Source: a virus (lineage: Duplodnaviria; Caudoviricetes). Taken from it: a stretch of DNA of 64,000 bases. Of this stretch, positions 38,997-47,637 are shown one piece after another. The position numbers and the translations under genes are program-made. The DNA is taken from positions 23,670 to 87,669 of the IMG/VR virus record IMGVR_UViG_3300032138_000008; one strand, 5' to 3'. The stretch's first letter is position 1. Every line of letters begins with the position of its first letter. The notes beneath the pieces are model-generated. The model searched no databases. It was not told where the DNA came from and worked only from the letters and a program-made list of their open reading frames with translations.

Positions 38997-40161
38997 TGAT
39001 AAAACAGAATGTATTGGAATTTATTGTGATGGAAAATTATACTTTGATAACTTTCCTGATCAGTTAACCAAGACATGGAAATACACCGGCTCTCTCAAAG
39101 AGACTGATGTAGAATACGGTTCGCTCCTCGCCGAGGGGCAGTCACTGGCAGACGTATGCCCCGTTGATTTGCAGCCGGACTTGAACAGAGCGCAGAAAAG
39201 ATTGCAAGCTTATTTGAAATCCTTTCAGTTGGCCAAAGTGGACATGCGAGACCATTGCATCTTTGACTTGGTGCCTCAAGATTTTCTGAAACAATTTTGC
39301 GAGATCAAAAACAAAATAACGGAGTATGTCTGTGAAACCTATAGCCGCCCCGAGTGCTATGATCACCTTCAAGAAGTTCAAAAGCTTTTGTATAAGATAC
39401 GCTACCAGACCTTAAATCTTAATAATGAAGATTGCAAAACCTTGTTCCATTCGTCAGCAAATCGCCGGCGCGCCCAGAACACCTTGAAGGGTCCACGCTA
39501 CATTGATTACAACCTGTTCGGTACGGTCACAGGACGCCTTACAACGCAGGCAAATTCATTTCCCATACTAACCCTTCAAAAGGAATTTAGGAAGCTTGTA
39601 AAGCCCCATAACGAGTGGCTATTGTCACTTGACTACAACGCCGCGGAGGTCCGAACCTTCATTGCGCTAGCCGGAGGAGAACAACCACAAGAAGACGTCC
39701 ACGAGTGGCATATCAAAAACTTGATTCAGGAGGAGATCTCTCGACAGGAAGCCAAGGTAAAGTTCTTTGCCTGGATTTATAATAATGAAGCTGCAGCCAG
39801 CGAGTTCGAACAATATAAAAGAGAGCAGGTGGTAGAGCGCTGGTATGATGGACAATTTGTAAGAACACCATTTAAAAGAAAAATAAAGGTTGACAAACGC
39901 AAAGCTTTGAATTATATTATACAGAGTACCACCGCAGATTTGGTGATGGAGCGCGCAATAGCCTTGGATAAGTTTTTAGAAGATAAGCAATCGTTTGTTT
40001 CCCATATCGTTCATGATGAGGTGGTGATTGACTTGGCCGATGGCGAACGCCACTTGGTGCCAGAGATCAAAGACATCTTTGCACAGAACAAGCTTGACAC
40101 CTTTCTTGTCAACTTGACCTGTGGCAAGAACTACGGAGAGCTACAGGAGCTAGGACTATGA
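38977..40161 (+). CDS. minimal family A DNA polymerase
   Basis: TVTGRL, motif A LDYNAAEVR, motif B RQEAKVKFFAWIY, IIQSTTAD and motif C IVHDEVV, in only 394 aa. Confidence 0.85.
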   Translation: MIFQAIDDKTECIGIYCDGKLYFDNFPDQLTKTWKYTGSLKETDVEYGSLLAEGQSLADVCPVDLQPDLNRAQKRLQAYLKSFQLAKVDMRDHCIFDLVPQDFLKQFCEIKNKITEYVCETYSRPECYDHLQEVQKLLYKIRYQTLNLNNEDCKTLFHSSANRRRAQNTLKGPRYIDYNLFGTVTGRLTTQANSFPILTLQKEFRKLVKPHNEWLLSLDYNAAEVRTFIALAGGEQPQEDVHEWHIKNLIQEEISRQEAKVKFFAWIYNNEAAASEFEQYKREQVVERWYDGQFVRTPFKRKIKVDKRKALNYIIQSTTADLVMERAIALDKFLEDKQSFVSHIVHDEVVIDLADGERHLVPEIKDIFAQNKLDTFLVNLTCGKNYGELQELGL

Positions 40162-41015
40162 TCTCAGTCATTGGAATTGGCAATGCCGCCACGGCTATCG
40201 CACGAAAGTTTGCGCATATTGAAAATTATAACGTGTATGAGCTTAATGATAAAGTAAAGCGGAACACGACAAACAAATTTAGACTAGAGGCTTTCACGGA
40301 TCCGGAGAAGTATGAACAAAATATTCCGGACCTCTCGGACTTCTTTGCCGACGTGCGAGATCGTACGCAGGTCTTCGTGATGGGCTCATCTATGAGTTCT
40401 AACTATACTCTTGGCATTCTTGCACAGATTCAATCCCCAGAAATTGATCTCATCTATATCAAGCCTGATATTGATTTGCTCACAGGCATGCCTCAATTGG
40501 TGGAGAATATAACCTTTGGGGTTTTGCAGGAATACGCTCGGTCGGGCCTCTTCCGCAGCATCACCCTCATTTCTAACCTTAGCTTAGAGCATGTGCTTGG
40601 CGAGGTTCCCATCAAGACCCATTATGAAGTGTTGAACGATTCCATTTTCTCAACACTACATTACCTGAACTACTTTGAATTTAGCGAACCAGAGATCGGC
40701 TCTGTCTCCAAGACATCTGACGTTAATCGCATTAGGACCATTGGAATGCTCGATGTAAAAAATCTTGAAGAAAAATGGCTTTTTGACCTTGACAACCCTC
40801 GCGAGATCGGTTATTATATATGTATAAACGAAAAGAAATTAGCGACCGAAGGCGGGTTGCACAAAAAGTTGGTCGATATGCTCAAAGAGAAGCCGAAAAA
40901 TGCTTACAAAAAAATCTCATATGCAATTTATGAGACGGAACATGATGACTTTGGGTTCTGCGTTGCCCACACTAACGTAGTACAACAACAAAAAACACTT
41001 GACTCTTCAAGTTGA
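40158..41015 (+). CDS. divergent tubulin/FtsZ-like protein
   Basis: N-terminal SVIGIGNAATAIA (T1 loop-like). VFVMGSSMSSNYTLGIL occupies the position of the GGGTGTG signature. Confidence 0.5.
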   Translation: MISVIGIGNAATAIARKFAHIENYNVYELNDKVKRNTTNKFRLEAFTDPEKYEQNIPDLSDFFADVRDRTQVFVMGSSMSSNYTLGILAQIQSPEIDLIYIKPDIDLLTGMPQLVENITFGVLQEYARSGLFRSITLISNLSLEHVLGEVPIKTHYEVLNDSIFSTLHYLNYFEFSEPEIGSVSKTSDVNRIRTIGMLDVKNLEEKWLFDLDNPREIGYYICINEKKLATEGGLHKKLVDMLKEKPKNAYKKISYAIYETEHDDFGFCVAHTNVVQQQKTLDSSS

Positions 41016-41027
41016 GTGTGATATACT
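40999..41027 (+). promoter_or_regulatory. sigma70-type promoter of ssb
   Basis: TTGACT-17 nt-TATACT. Confidence 0.75.
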
Positions 41028-41053
41028 TTATTCACAAAAGGAGAAATTGAATA

Positions 41054-41821
41054 ATGTCAATTGATATGGAGCTTATGCGCCGCAAGCTCGCAACTTTGCG
41101 CGGTGAAAACAAGGGTGATTCTAACTCTGTTTGGTTCAAGCCAGACGAGGGAGACACCGACATTCGGATCATTCCAACTAACGACGGAGATCCACTGAAG
41201 GAAATGTTCTTTCATTATAACGTAGGAGACCACAGAGGAGGAATTCTGTGTCCCAAGCGTAATTATGGAGAGGCATGTCCTATCTGCGAATTCGCTTCTT
41301 CGCTTTGGCGAGAAGGAAGCGAGAAAAACGACGAGGAGAGCAAAAAGCTTGCAAAGTCACTCTTTGTGCGCACCCGCTATTTCAGCCCTGTCGTTATTCG
41401 TGGTCGAGAAGATGAAGGGATTAAGGTTTACGGCTACGGTAAGACGGCCTATGAACTCCTTCTCGGCTACATCCTTGACCCCGAGTACGGTGATGTTACG
41501 GATGCGACCGAGGGTACTGATATTACTCTCACGTATACGAAACCCACCAAGCCCGGAGCATACCCCCAGACGAGCCTGAAAATGCGTCGTAATACCTCAA
41601 CGTTGCTTGAGGATACCGAGGCCATCCCCGCCCTCCTTGATGGCATGCCCGACTTTGACTCTCTCTTTGAGCGTCTTACGCCGGCGCAGGTAGACGCTAT
41701 TCTCGATGAGCAACTCGCCGGAGACGGATCCGCTGAGTCGCGCTCACACGAGACTGCCAAGTACAAGAGCACGGAAGCTACTGATGTAGACCGTGCGTTC
41801 AATGAACTGGTAGCAGGCTAG
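41054..41821 (+). CDS. single-stranded DNA-binding protein, T4 gp32-like
   Basis: WFKP..GDTDIRIIP, CPKRNYGEACPICE, GIKVYGYGK and DPEYGDVTD..EGTDI motifs, with an acidic tail. Confidence 0.85.
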   Translation: MSIDMELMRRKLATLRGENKGDSNSVWFKPDEGDTDIRIIPTNDGDPLKEMFFHYNVGDHRGGILCPKRNYGEACPICEFASSLWREGSEKNDEESKKLAKSLFVRTRYFSPVVIRGREDEGIKVYGYGKTAYELLLGYILDPEYGDVTDATEGTDITLTYTKPTKPGAYPQTSLKMRRNTSTLLEDTEAIPALLDGMPDFDSLFERLTPAQVDAILDEQLAGDGSAESRSHETAKYKSTEATDVDRAFNELVAG

Positions 41822-41832
41822 GCTCGCCCCGC

Positions 41833-41863
41833 TGGCAGACCGGGAAACGTCTGCCACCTTTTT
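41833..41863 (+). terminator. intrinsic terminator after ssb
   Basis: TGGCAGAC-CGGGAAAC-GTCTGCCA followed by CCTTTTT. Confidence 0.75.
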
Positions 41864-41873
41864 AATTAGTTGC

Positions 41874-41902
41874 TTGACAAAGCAAACTATACATGATATA
41901 TT
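41874..41902 (+). promoter_or_regulatory. sigma70-type promoter of ATPase-methylase cassette
   Basis: TTGACA-17 nt-TATATT. Confidence 0.8.
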
Positions 41903-41991
41903 AAGAATATCTTCAACAAATATTGTTGGAGAGAATATGAGAAAATTCTCATATAAAATTATTGCAATTTTATAACAAGGAGAAAAATAAA

Positions 41992-43593
41992 ATGAGCACA
42001 TATATTAAGGTCCCCCCACGACCTAAAATGGGAGAATCGCTGCGTTCTTTAGGATACAAAGCAGTAACCGCAATTGCCGATATTATTGATAATTGTATTG
42101 ACGCAAATGCAACCGAAATTGGAATTGAGACGCAGGGAACAGCCAATCAATCTGATCCAATCGATAGCATAGACATCTTTGATAATGGCTGCGGTATGAA
42201 CGATGAGCAGCTTATTGAAGCTCTTACTCTTGGCTCTGAAACAAATAAGAGCGCATCTGCACTCGGATGCTTTGGGATGGGGCTTAAGACTGCTGGTACT
42301 TCCCTCGGCCGTCGTATCACTGTTCTGACGAAGGAGAGCGCCGGCGACACTATCTGTATCGCTATGGATTTGGACGTGAATATGGCAGAAGGGGAGTTTG
42401 TTGTGGAAAGAGACCCCTCTCATATTACCGAAGAGCATCGTGCAAAATTTGATGCGCGTATTAGCAAGACGGGATCTGGAACTTGGGTACATATTGACAA
42501 GATCGATTCCGACGAGTATGCTAATGTCAAGACTTTCTTGAATGCGCTGAAGTCGCCAAAGTCCCTACGGTTGTACTTCCGCAAGTTCCTGGATTCTGGC
42601 AAGCACACAATTAAGGTTAATCGATGCGAACTTAAGGCTTGGGGGTATGATTATGTTGAGGGTGTTAAGACCCTGGCAGGCCCATTTGGATTTACCCTTA
42701 AGGATGGAACAAGCTTAGGAACTCTCAAAATAGTTAGCACCATGGGCTCAGCCCATAAGGCCGGACACGCACGCCAACAGGGACTTGTAGTTCTGCGAAA
42801 TAATCGCGACATTACTACGAAAAAAATTCATTGGCACGGCGTACGCACCCACGACTGGGAGCTTTCAGGTGTGTATGTCATTTGGGAAGTTGATGCAGCA
42901 GCATTTGATCAGCAAATGCACACAACTCTTATGAAGGACGGCTGGCACCTACCACAAAATATTCGTGACAGCATTACAGCGGAGATTTCTAGTGATCTGC
43001 GTTCACATGTTAAGGAGCGCAAGAAGCATCGTGCAACTGAATCACCGCGTGATGATTCGAAGTTAGAAGAGGTTACAAGCGCTTATAGCAATAACCTCAC
43101 TAACAACATGAATGTGACTGCCCCACCAGAAGTGAACAATGAAAATGCGGTTCCCTCTCAAGAGAGGAATGAGCCAACGGATGATAAGGGTGAGGATGAC
43201 GAAAGTCAGACGCCTCCTAACCGCGCGAAGCGCAAGTCATTCAAATTTCCTCATGGGCAAGATGAGTGGATAATTGATATTGATCATGGATGCGGCGATG
43301 GTCGTTACTATCAATATAGTTCCGAACGCAAACGGGGCGGTAGCCGACACTTTCGTGTCTCCCTTGACACAAAACACGCTTGGGTTGAGAAGGTCTTTTG
43401 TTCTGATCTAATGATGAATTCACCCGCAATGTTTGCGCTTTACGACAATCTTATTGGGGATGTTTACATGGAGATGGGCTGCGCTAATCCAGATGACGGA
43501 GATCGCATGATTCGCTATAAATCAGAATTTTTGCGTACTCGGGCAAAGGTTACAGCAGTTCATGACAAGTCGCCCAACAAGAAAGCGGCTTAA
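41992..43593 (+). CDS. GHKL (HATPase_c_3, MORC-type) ATPase with S5-like domain
   Basis: SLRSLGY..TAIADIIDNCIDA (N box), DNGCGM (G1), GCFGMGLKTAG (G2), GTWV (G3) and QQGLVVLRNNR (S5). ATG 41992 after AAGGAG. Confidence 0.85.
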   Translation: MSTYIKVPPRPKMGESLRSLGYKAVTAIADIIDNCIDANATEIGIETQGTANQSDPIDSIDIFDNGCGMNDEQLIEALTLGSETNKSASALGCFGMGLKTAGTSLGRRITVLTKESAGDTICIAMDLDVNMAEGEFVVERDPSHITEEHRAKFDARISKTGSGTWVHIDKIDSDEYANVKTFLNALKSPKSLRLYFRKFLDSGKHTIKVNRCELKAWGYDYVEGVKTLAGPFGFTLKDGTSLGTLKIVSTMGSAHKAGHARQQGLVVLRNNRDITTKKIHWHGVRTHDWELSGVYVIWEVDAAAFDQQMHTTLMKDGWHLPQNIRDSITAEISSDLRSHVKERKKHRATESPRDDSKLEEVTSAYSNNLTNNMNVTAPPEVNNENAVPSQERNEPTDDKGEDDESQTPPNRAKRKSFKFPHGQDEWIIDIDHGCGDGRYYQYSSERKRGGSRHFRVSLDTKHAWVEKVFCSDLMMNSPAMFALYDNLIGDVYMEMGCANPDDGDRMIRYKSEFLRTRAKVTAVHDKSPNKKAA

Positions 43594-43596
43594 GGA

Positions 43597-44703
43597 ATGA
43601 AGACACCTTTAAGATACCCTGGCGGTAAATCCCGCGCTGTAAGTGTAATCTTGCCTCTCATCCCTGAAGACTGTGGGGAGCTTTGCTCCCCCTTTCTTGG
43701 GGGAGGATCGATTGAGATTGCCGCGGCCGAACGCGGGATGACTGTTCACGGGTATGATTTGTTTACTCCCTTGGTGTGGTTTTGGGAAGAGATTTTAACT
43801 CGACCGGACAAAGTATCCAAACGCGCGCGATCCTATAGTCAAAATGTTGCGAATTACACGCCGCTTGAATACTGGGTAGACCGATGGAATCATTTCGCTG
43901 CTACTGCGCCACTGTGTAAGAAAAACTGTCGCGTGCATAATAAAGAGAGCACGGTGTGGTGCAATGATCATGACAAATTGGAGAAATTGATTCGGGGCAA
44001 TTTAATCGGCATTTCGGAAGACACCTTCAGAAAGTGTCAAGCGCATTTAAAATCTATAATGAATACGAAGGGAAAAGCCACTATCGATAAGGCAGCACGG
44101 TTGTTCGTAGTCAACAAGGCGGGACACTCGGGCGCCACTCTAAGCGGCGGCTATTCCTGGCGCGCGTCTTGGGATCGTTATAACGAATCACAATTACAAA
44201 AACTATCAGAATTTGAATTAGCAAACTTTAATGTGGGATGTGCGGATTTTGACATTTCGATACGCAATCACCCCGCGGCCTTTTTATATCTCGATCCTCC
44301 TTATTATTTGGAGGAAAAAAAGAATAAACTTTACGGCACAAACGGAAGTCTCCATGAGGTGTTTGATCATGTACGATTGTATCAGACCTTAAAATCAGTT
44401 GACAATCCCTTCATTATGTCGTATAATCAAAGTAGTTTCATTAGAGCACTTTATGAAGAAATTGGTGCGACGTGCATCAACTTAGAAGATGCTTGGGCAT
44501 ATGGTATGAACGCCTCTAAAAAGTCTGATGAAATGATTGTAACAAATTTACCGCATGCGCAAATCAGAGCGCAGATAGAAAAAACACTTAACAAAGGAGA
44601 GCAAGATGCCGAGAAAGGCAAAACAAACGAAAGCAGGTCGTGTATCCATGCAGGAACTCATGACTCTAGTCAACAAGAAAGCGGGGCGCAATGTCGCCCA
44701 TGA
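43597..44703 (+). CDS. DNA adenine methyltransferase, Dam/D12 class
   Basis: LRYPGGKS, SPFLGGGS (SAM binding) and FLYLDPPY. Confidence 0.9.
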   Translation: MKTPLRYPGGKSRAVSVILPLIPEDCGELCSPFLGGGSIEIAAAERGMTVHGYDLFTPLVWFWEEILTRPDKVSKRARSYSQNVANYTPLEYWVDRWNHFAATAPLCKKNCRVHNKESTVWCNDHDKLEKLIRGNLIGISEDTFRKCQAHLKSIMNTKGKATIDKAARLFVVNKAGHSGATLSGGYSWRASWDRYNESQLQKLSEFELANFNVGCADFDISIRNHPAAFLYLDPPYYLEEKKNKLYGTNGSLHEVFDHVRLYQTLKSVDNPFIMSYNQSSFIRALYEEIGATCINLEDAWAYGMNASKKSDEMIVTNLPHAQIRAQIEKTLNKGEQDAEKGKTNESRSCIHAGTHDSSQQESGAQCRP

Positions 44704-45754
44704 CTTAACGGGAGCAAATCCCACGGAAGTCAAAGAATGGATCCCTACAGGATCGCGTTGGCTTGACAGTATTATATGCAAGGGACACATCGGCGGCATT
44801 CCTGTCGGCAAAGTCACAGAGATTGCAGGGCTCACCTCCACAGGTAAGTCTTACATGGCCGCACAGATTGCAGCCAACGCCCAGAAAATGGACAAGCTCG
44901 TCGTATATTTTGATTCCGAGTCAGCCATCGACCCTGCTTTTTTGGAGGCAGCAGGCTGCGACCTAGAGCGTCTAATGTACGTTCAAGCATCGTCTGTCGA
45001 GTTTGTTCTTGAGACGATTGAAGAACTTCTAGGAGCAACCGACGAAAAGCTATTGCTGATCTGGGATTCGCTAGCGTTCACGCCGGCAGTGTCGGATGTG
45101 GAAGGCGACTTTAATCCTCAATCATCGATGGCAATGAAAGCGCGCATTCTCGCAAAGGGAATGTCAAAGCTTACCCTCCCTATCGCTGACAAGCAAGCGA
45201 CATTCTTGGTCCTTAATCAACTTAAGACTAACATTACTAGTGGGCCCATGGCTCACATCACAGCGATGACCACTCCCTTTATGACACCAGGAGGCAAGGC
45301 AATGCATTATTCTTATTCGCTGCGCATCTGGCTCACCGGACGCAAAGCTAAGAGCGCTTTCGTGATGGATGATAAAGGTTTCCGCATCGGCTCTGAAGTT
45401 AAAGTTCGACTAGAGAAGTCGCGCTTTGGAACTCAAGGAAGAAACTGCGCTTTCCGCATTATGTGGGGCACCGACGAGGTTGGTATCCGCGATGAAGAAA
45501 GCTGGTTCGATGCCATCAAGACGTCTGAATGCCTTACTTCAAAGGGTGCGTGGTATACTCTTGAAACAAAAGACGGCTATAGCAAAAAGTTCCAGCCTTC
45601 AAAGTGGACCGAGATCATTAAATCAGATAATGAATTTAAAGAGCGAGTCGTGCGTCTAATGGATGAAGAGGTTATTCAGAGATTTGATCAGCGAGAAGGA
45701 AGCGCTGAAGATTTTTACGAACCTTATGATGAAAAGGAAACTTCCAATGAATAA
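44606..45754 (+). CDS. uvsX: RecA/UvsX recombinase
   Basis: IPTGS..LD, Walker A TEIAGLTSTGKS, YFDSESAID, LIWDSLA, LNQL and TPGGKA. Confidence 0.92.
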   Translation: MPRKAKQTKAGRVSMQELMTLVNKKAGRNVAHDLTGANPTEVKEWIPTGSRWLDSIICKGHIGGIPVGKVTEIAGLTSTGKSYMAAQIAANAQKMDKLVVYFDSESAIDPAFLEAAGCDLERLMYVQASSVEFVLETIEELLGATDEKLLLIWDSLAFTPAVSDVEGDFNPQSSMAMKARILAKGMSKLTLPIADKQATFLVLNQLKTNITSGPMAHITAMTTPFMTPGGKAMHYSYSLRIWLTGRKAKSAFVMDDKGFRIGSEVKVRLEKSRFGTQGRNCAFRIMWGTDEVGIRDEESWFDAIKTSECLTSKGAWYTLETKDGYSKKFQPSKWTEIIKSDNEFKERVVRLMDEEVIQRFDQREGSAEDFYEPYDEKETSNE

Positions 45755-46076
45755 AATGATTATTGCGATTATCGCATTAGTGAGCAGCGGATGCGTGGTT
45801 CACGCCCACACCCCTGCGCATAACCATCCGGTACCACCTAGGGCGGTGCACAAAGCGCCGGCGCACCCCCACCCTCACACAGTGCGGCCGGCGCACCCAA
45901 CTCCGATAAAAGCCTGGGTATGGGTTAAGGGACATGCCACTCCGGGCGGATATGTACATGGCTATTGGGACCTGCGTACTGTGCCGCGCCATATGATTAA
46001 TCGTAACCCGCACACCTACGTGCGCCATGTCAAAGGCCGCGGCCGACCAACACCACCAGCACGCAGATATCGTTAA
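45747..46076 (+). CDS. His/Pro-rich lipoprotein with WxxGxW-type repeats
   Basis: MNKMIIAIIALVSSG-C lipobox, with WVWVKGH and YVHGYW repeats. Confidence 0.6.
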   Translation: MNKMIIAIIALVSSGCVVHAHTPAHNHPVPPRAVHKAPAHPHPHTVRPAHPTPIKAWVWVKGHATPGGYVHGYWDLRTVPRHMINRNPHTYVRHVKGRGRPTPPARRYR

Positions 46077-46084
46077 AAAACTGC

Positions 46085-46113
46085 TTGACAATTAGAGCCC
46101 CTTGTGTTATATT
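46085..46113 (+). promoter_or_regulatory. sigma70-type promoter of denV
   Basis: TTGACA-17 nt-TATATT, with TG upstream of the -10. Confidence 0.8.
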
Positions 46114-46134
46114 ATAAATAACAGGAGGGGCTTC

Positions 46135-46599
46135 TTGAATATATTCGTATTAGATCGCGATCCCAAGATCGCAGCAACGATGGCGTGTGATAAGCACGTC
46201 GTCAAAATGGTTTTAGAGACAGCACAAATGCTATGCACTGCTGCTCGCGCTCACGGTTCGTGGGCACCTTATGGTCAAACCCATAAGCATCATCCATGCA
46301 CCGTATGGGCTGGACAAACACAAGCCAATTGGGATTGGCTCACTGCACATGGTCGCGCTTTGTGTGCAGAGTACACCAAGCGCTACGGCAAGGTTCACAA
46401 GAGCCAAGCTATTATTGAGTATTGCACTCACCTAAAGCTCGACTTCGAGTCGCGCCAACTTACACCCTTTGCTCAAGCAATGCCACCACAATACAAAGAT
46501 GACTGTGTGGTCACCGCTTACCGCAATTATTATCGTGGCGAGAAAGCCCGATTCGCAACCTGGAAAACCCAAGCCCCTGACTGGTGGAGAGAACAATGA
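46135..46599 (+). CDS. pyrimidine dimer DNA glycosylase (DenV/Pyr_excise family)
   Basis: TTG start after AGGAGG. NIFVLDRDP..AA....DKHVVKMVLETAQMLC, HPCTVW and AYRNYY. Confidence 0.8.
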   Translation: MNIFVLDRDPKIAATMACDKHVVKMVLETAQMLCTAARAHGSWAPYGQTHKHHPCTVWAGQTQANWDWLTAHGRALCAEYTKRYGKVHKSQAIIEYCTHLKLDFESRQLTPFAQAMPPQYKDDCVVTAYRNYYRGEKARFATWKTQAPDWWREQ

Positions 46600-47576
46600 A
46601 AAGAGTATTAATTATTGACGCGCTAAACGCATACCTACGAGCCTATATTGTAGACCCGAGCATTTCTAGCAATGGAGATCCTATCGGTGGCATCAAAGGG
46701 TTCATTAAGATTCTGCAGCGGCATGTTCGAGAGACCAAGCCTGATCAGATTGTGATCGTGTGGGACGGACCTAATGGTTCCAAGAAGCGCAAGAGCATCG
46801 ATAAGAGTTATAAAGCCGGCCGCAAACCCATTAGGCTAAATCGGGCGTTTCATAACCTCACTGATGACGAAGAGTTGCACAACAAGATGTGGCAACAAAG
46901 CCGCGTCATTGAGTACTTTAACGAAATGCCCATCGTCCAGTTTATGATTCCCGAGATTGAAGCTGATGACGTGATCGCACACCTTACACATATGCACTAC
47001 TATAAGGGCTGGCAGAAGATTATCATTTCTAATGACCGAGACTTCATGCAGTTGTGTGATGACGAAACCGTATTGCTACGACCCACCAAGAACGAATTGC
47101 TTAACAAGGCTCGCATTATTGAACAGACAGGGATTCACCCAACCAATATGGCCCTCGCACGAGCAATCGCAGGCGATGCCTCGGATAACCTCCCCGGCAT
47201 CAAAGGCGCCGGGCTAACAACTGTAGGTAAAAGATTAAACTTTTTGAGCGACAGCAAGTCTTATACCATCGATGAAGTGGTGGAGTACTGCGACAAAAGC
47301 AAAGCCAAGCTTAAGTTCTTCACGAACATCACAGAGAACCAAAACTTGATTGAGCACAACTATAAGATGATGCAACTCTATGCACCACAGATGTCCGTGC
47401 AGTCGAAACAGCATGTCCAACACACGATTGAAAACTTTGAATGCGAATTTAATAAAACTGAGATCATTGGTATGATGCGGTCCGATGGATTCGGTGAGTT
47501 AAATTGGGAAGTTCTCAAGGAAAACTTAAACAAGATCAACAAGGACTGTGTTGACACCAATAAAGAAATATTTTAA
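46596..47576 (+). CDS. 5'-3' exonuclease / flap endonuclease (T4 RNase H-like)
   Basis: LIIDALN, VWDG, YKAGR, EADDVIA, SNDRDFMQL and GDASDNLPGIKGAG. Confidence 0.92.
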   Translation: MKRVLIIDALNAYLRAYIVDPSISSNGDPIGGIKGFIKILQRHVRETKPDQIVIVWDGPNGSKKRKSIDKSYKAGRKPIRLNRAFHNLTDDEELHNKMWQQSRVIEYFNEMPIVQFMIPEIEADDVIAHLTHMHYYKGWQKIIISNDRDFMQLCDDETVLLRPTKNELLNKARIIEQTGIHPTNMALARAIAGDASDNLPGIKGAGLTTVGKRLNFLSDSKSYTIDEVVEYCDKSKAKLKFFTNITENQNLIEHNYKMMQLYAPQMSVQSKQHVQHTIENFECEFNKTEIIGMMRSDGFGELNWEVLKENLNKINKDCVDTNKEIF

Positions 47577-47583
47577 AATTGAT

Positions 47584-47611
47584 TTGACTTTAGCGTGCAA
47601 TCAGTTATACT
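47584..47611 (+). promoter_or_regulatory. sigma70-type promoter of helicase
   Basis: TTGACT-16 nt-TATACT. Confidence 0.6.
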
Positions 47612-47637
47612 TATAATACAACATCGAGAGGGAATGG

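Noticed and set aside
38977-40161. DpoZ / 2-aminoadenine genome pathway
   Set aside because: No purZ, dATPase or MazZ-like gene was recognised in the window, and the polymerase is far shorter than DpoZ.
39890-40817. Promoter-like TTGACA boxes at 39890 and 40789
   Set aside because: Both are inside coding sequence with weaker -10 or spacing, and can be explained by the protein sequence.
41017-41036. CRP site TGTGA...TCACA
   Set aside because: The spacer is 10 nt, whereas CRP requires 6.
44600-44703. Functional overlap of Dam and uvsX
   Set aside because: The overlapping Dam tail lies beyond the last methylase motif and looks like run-on, so it was treated as an insertion scar.
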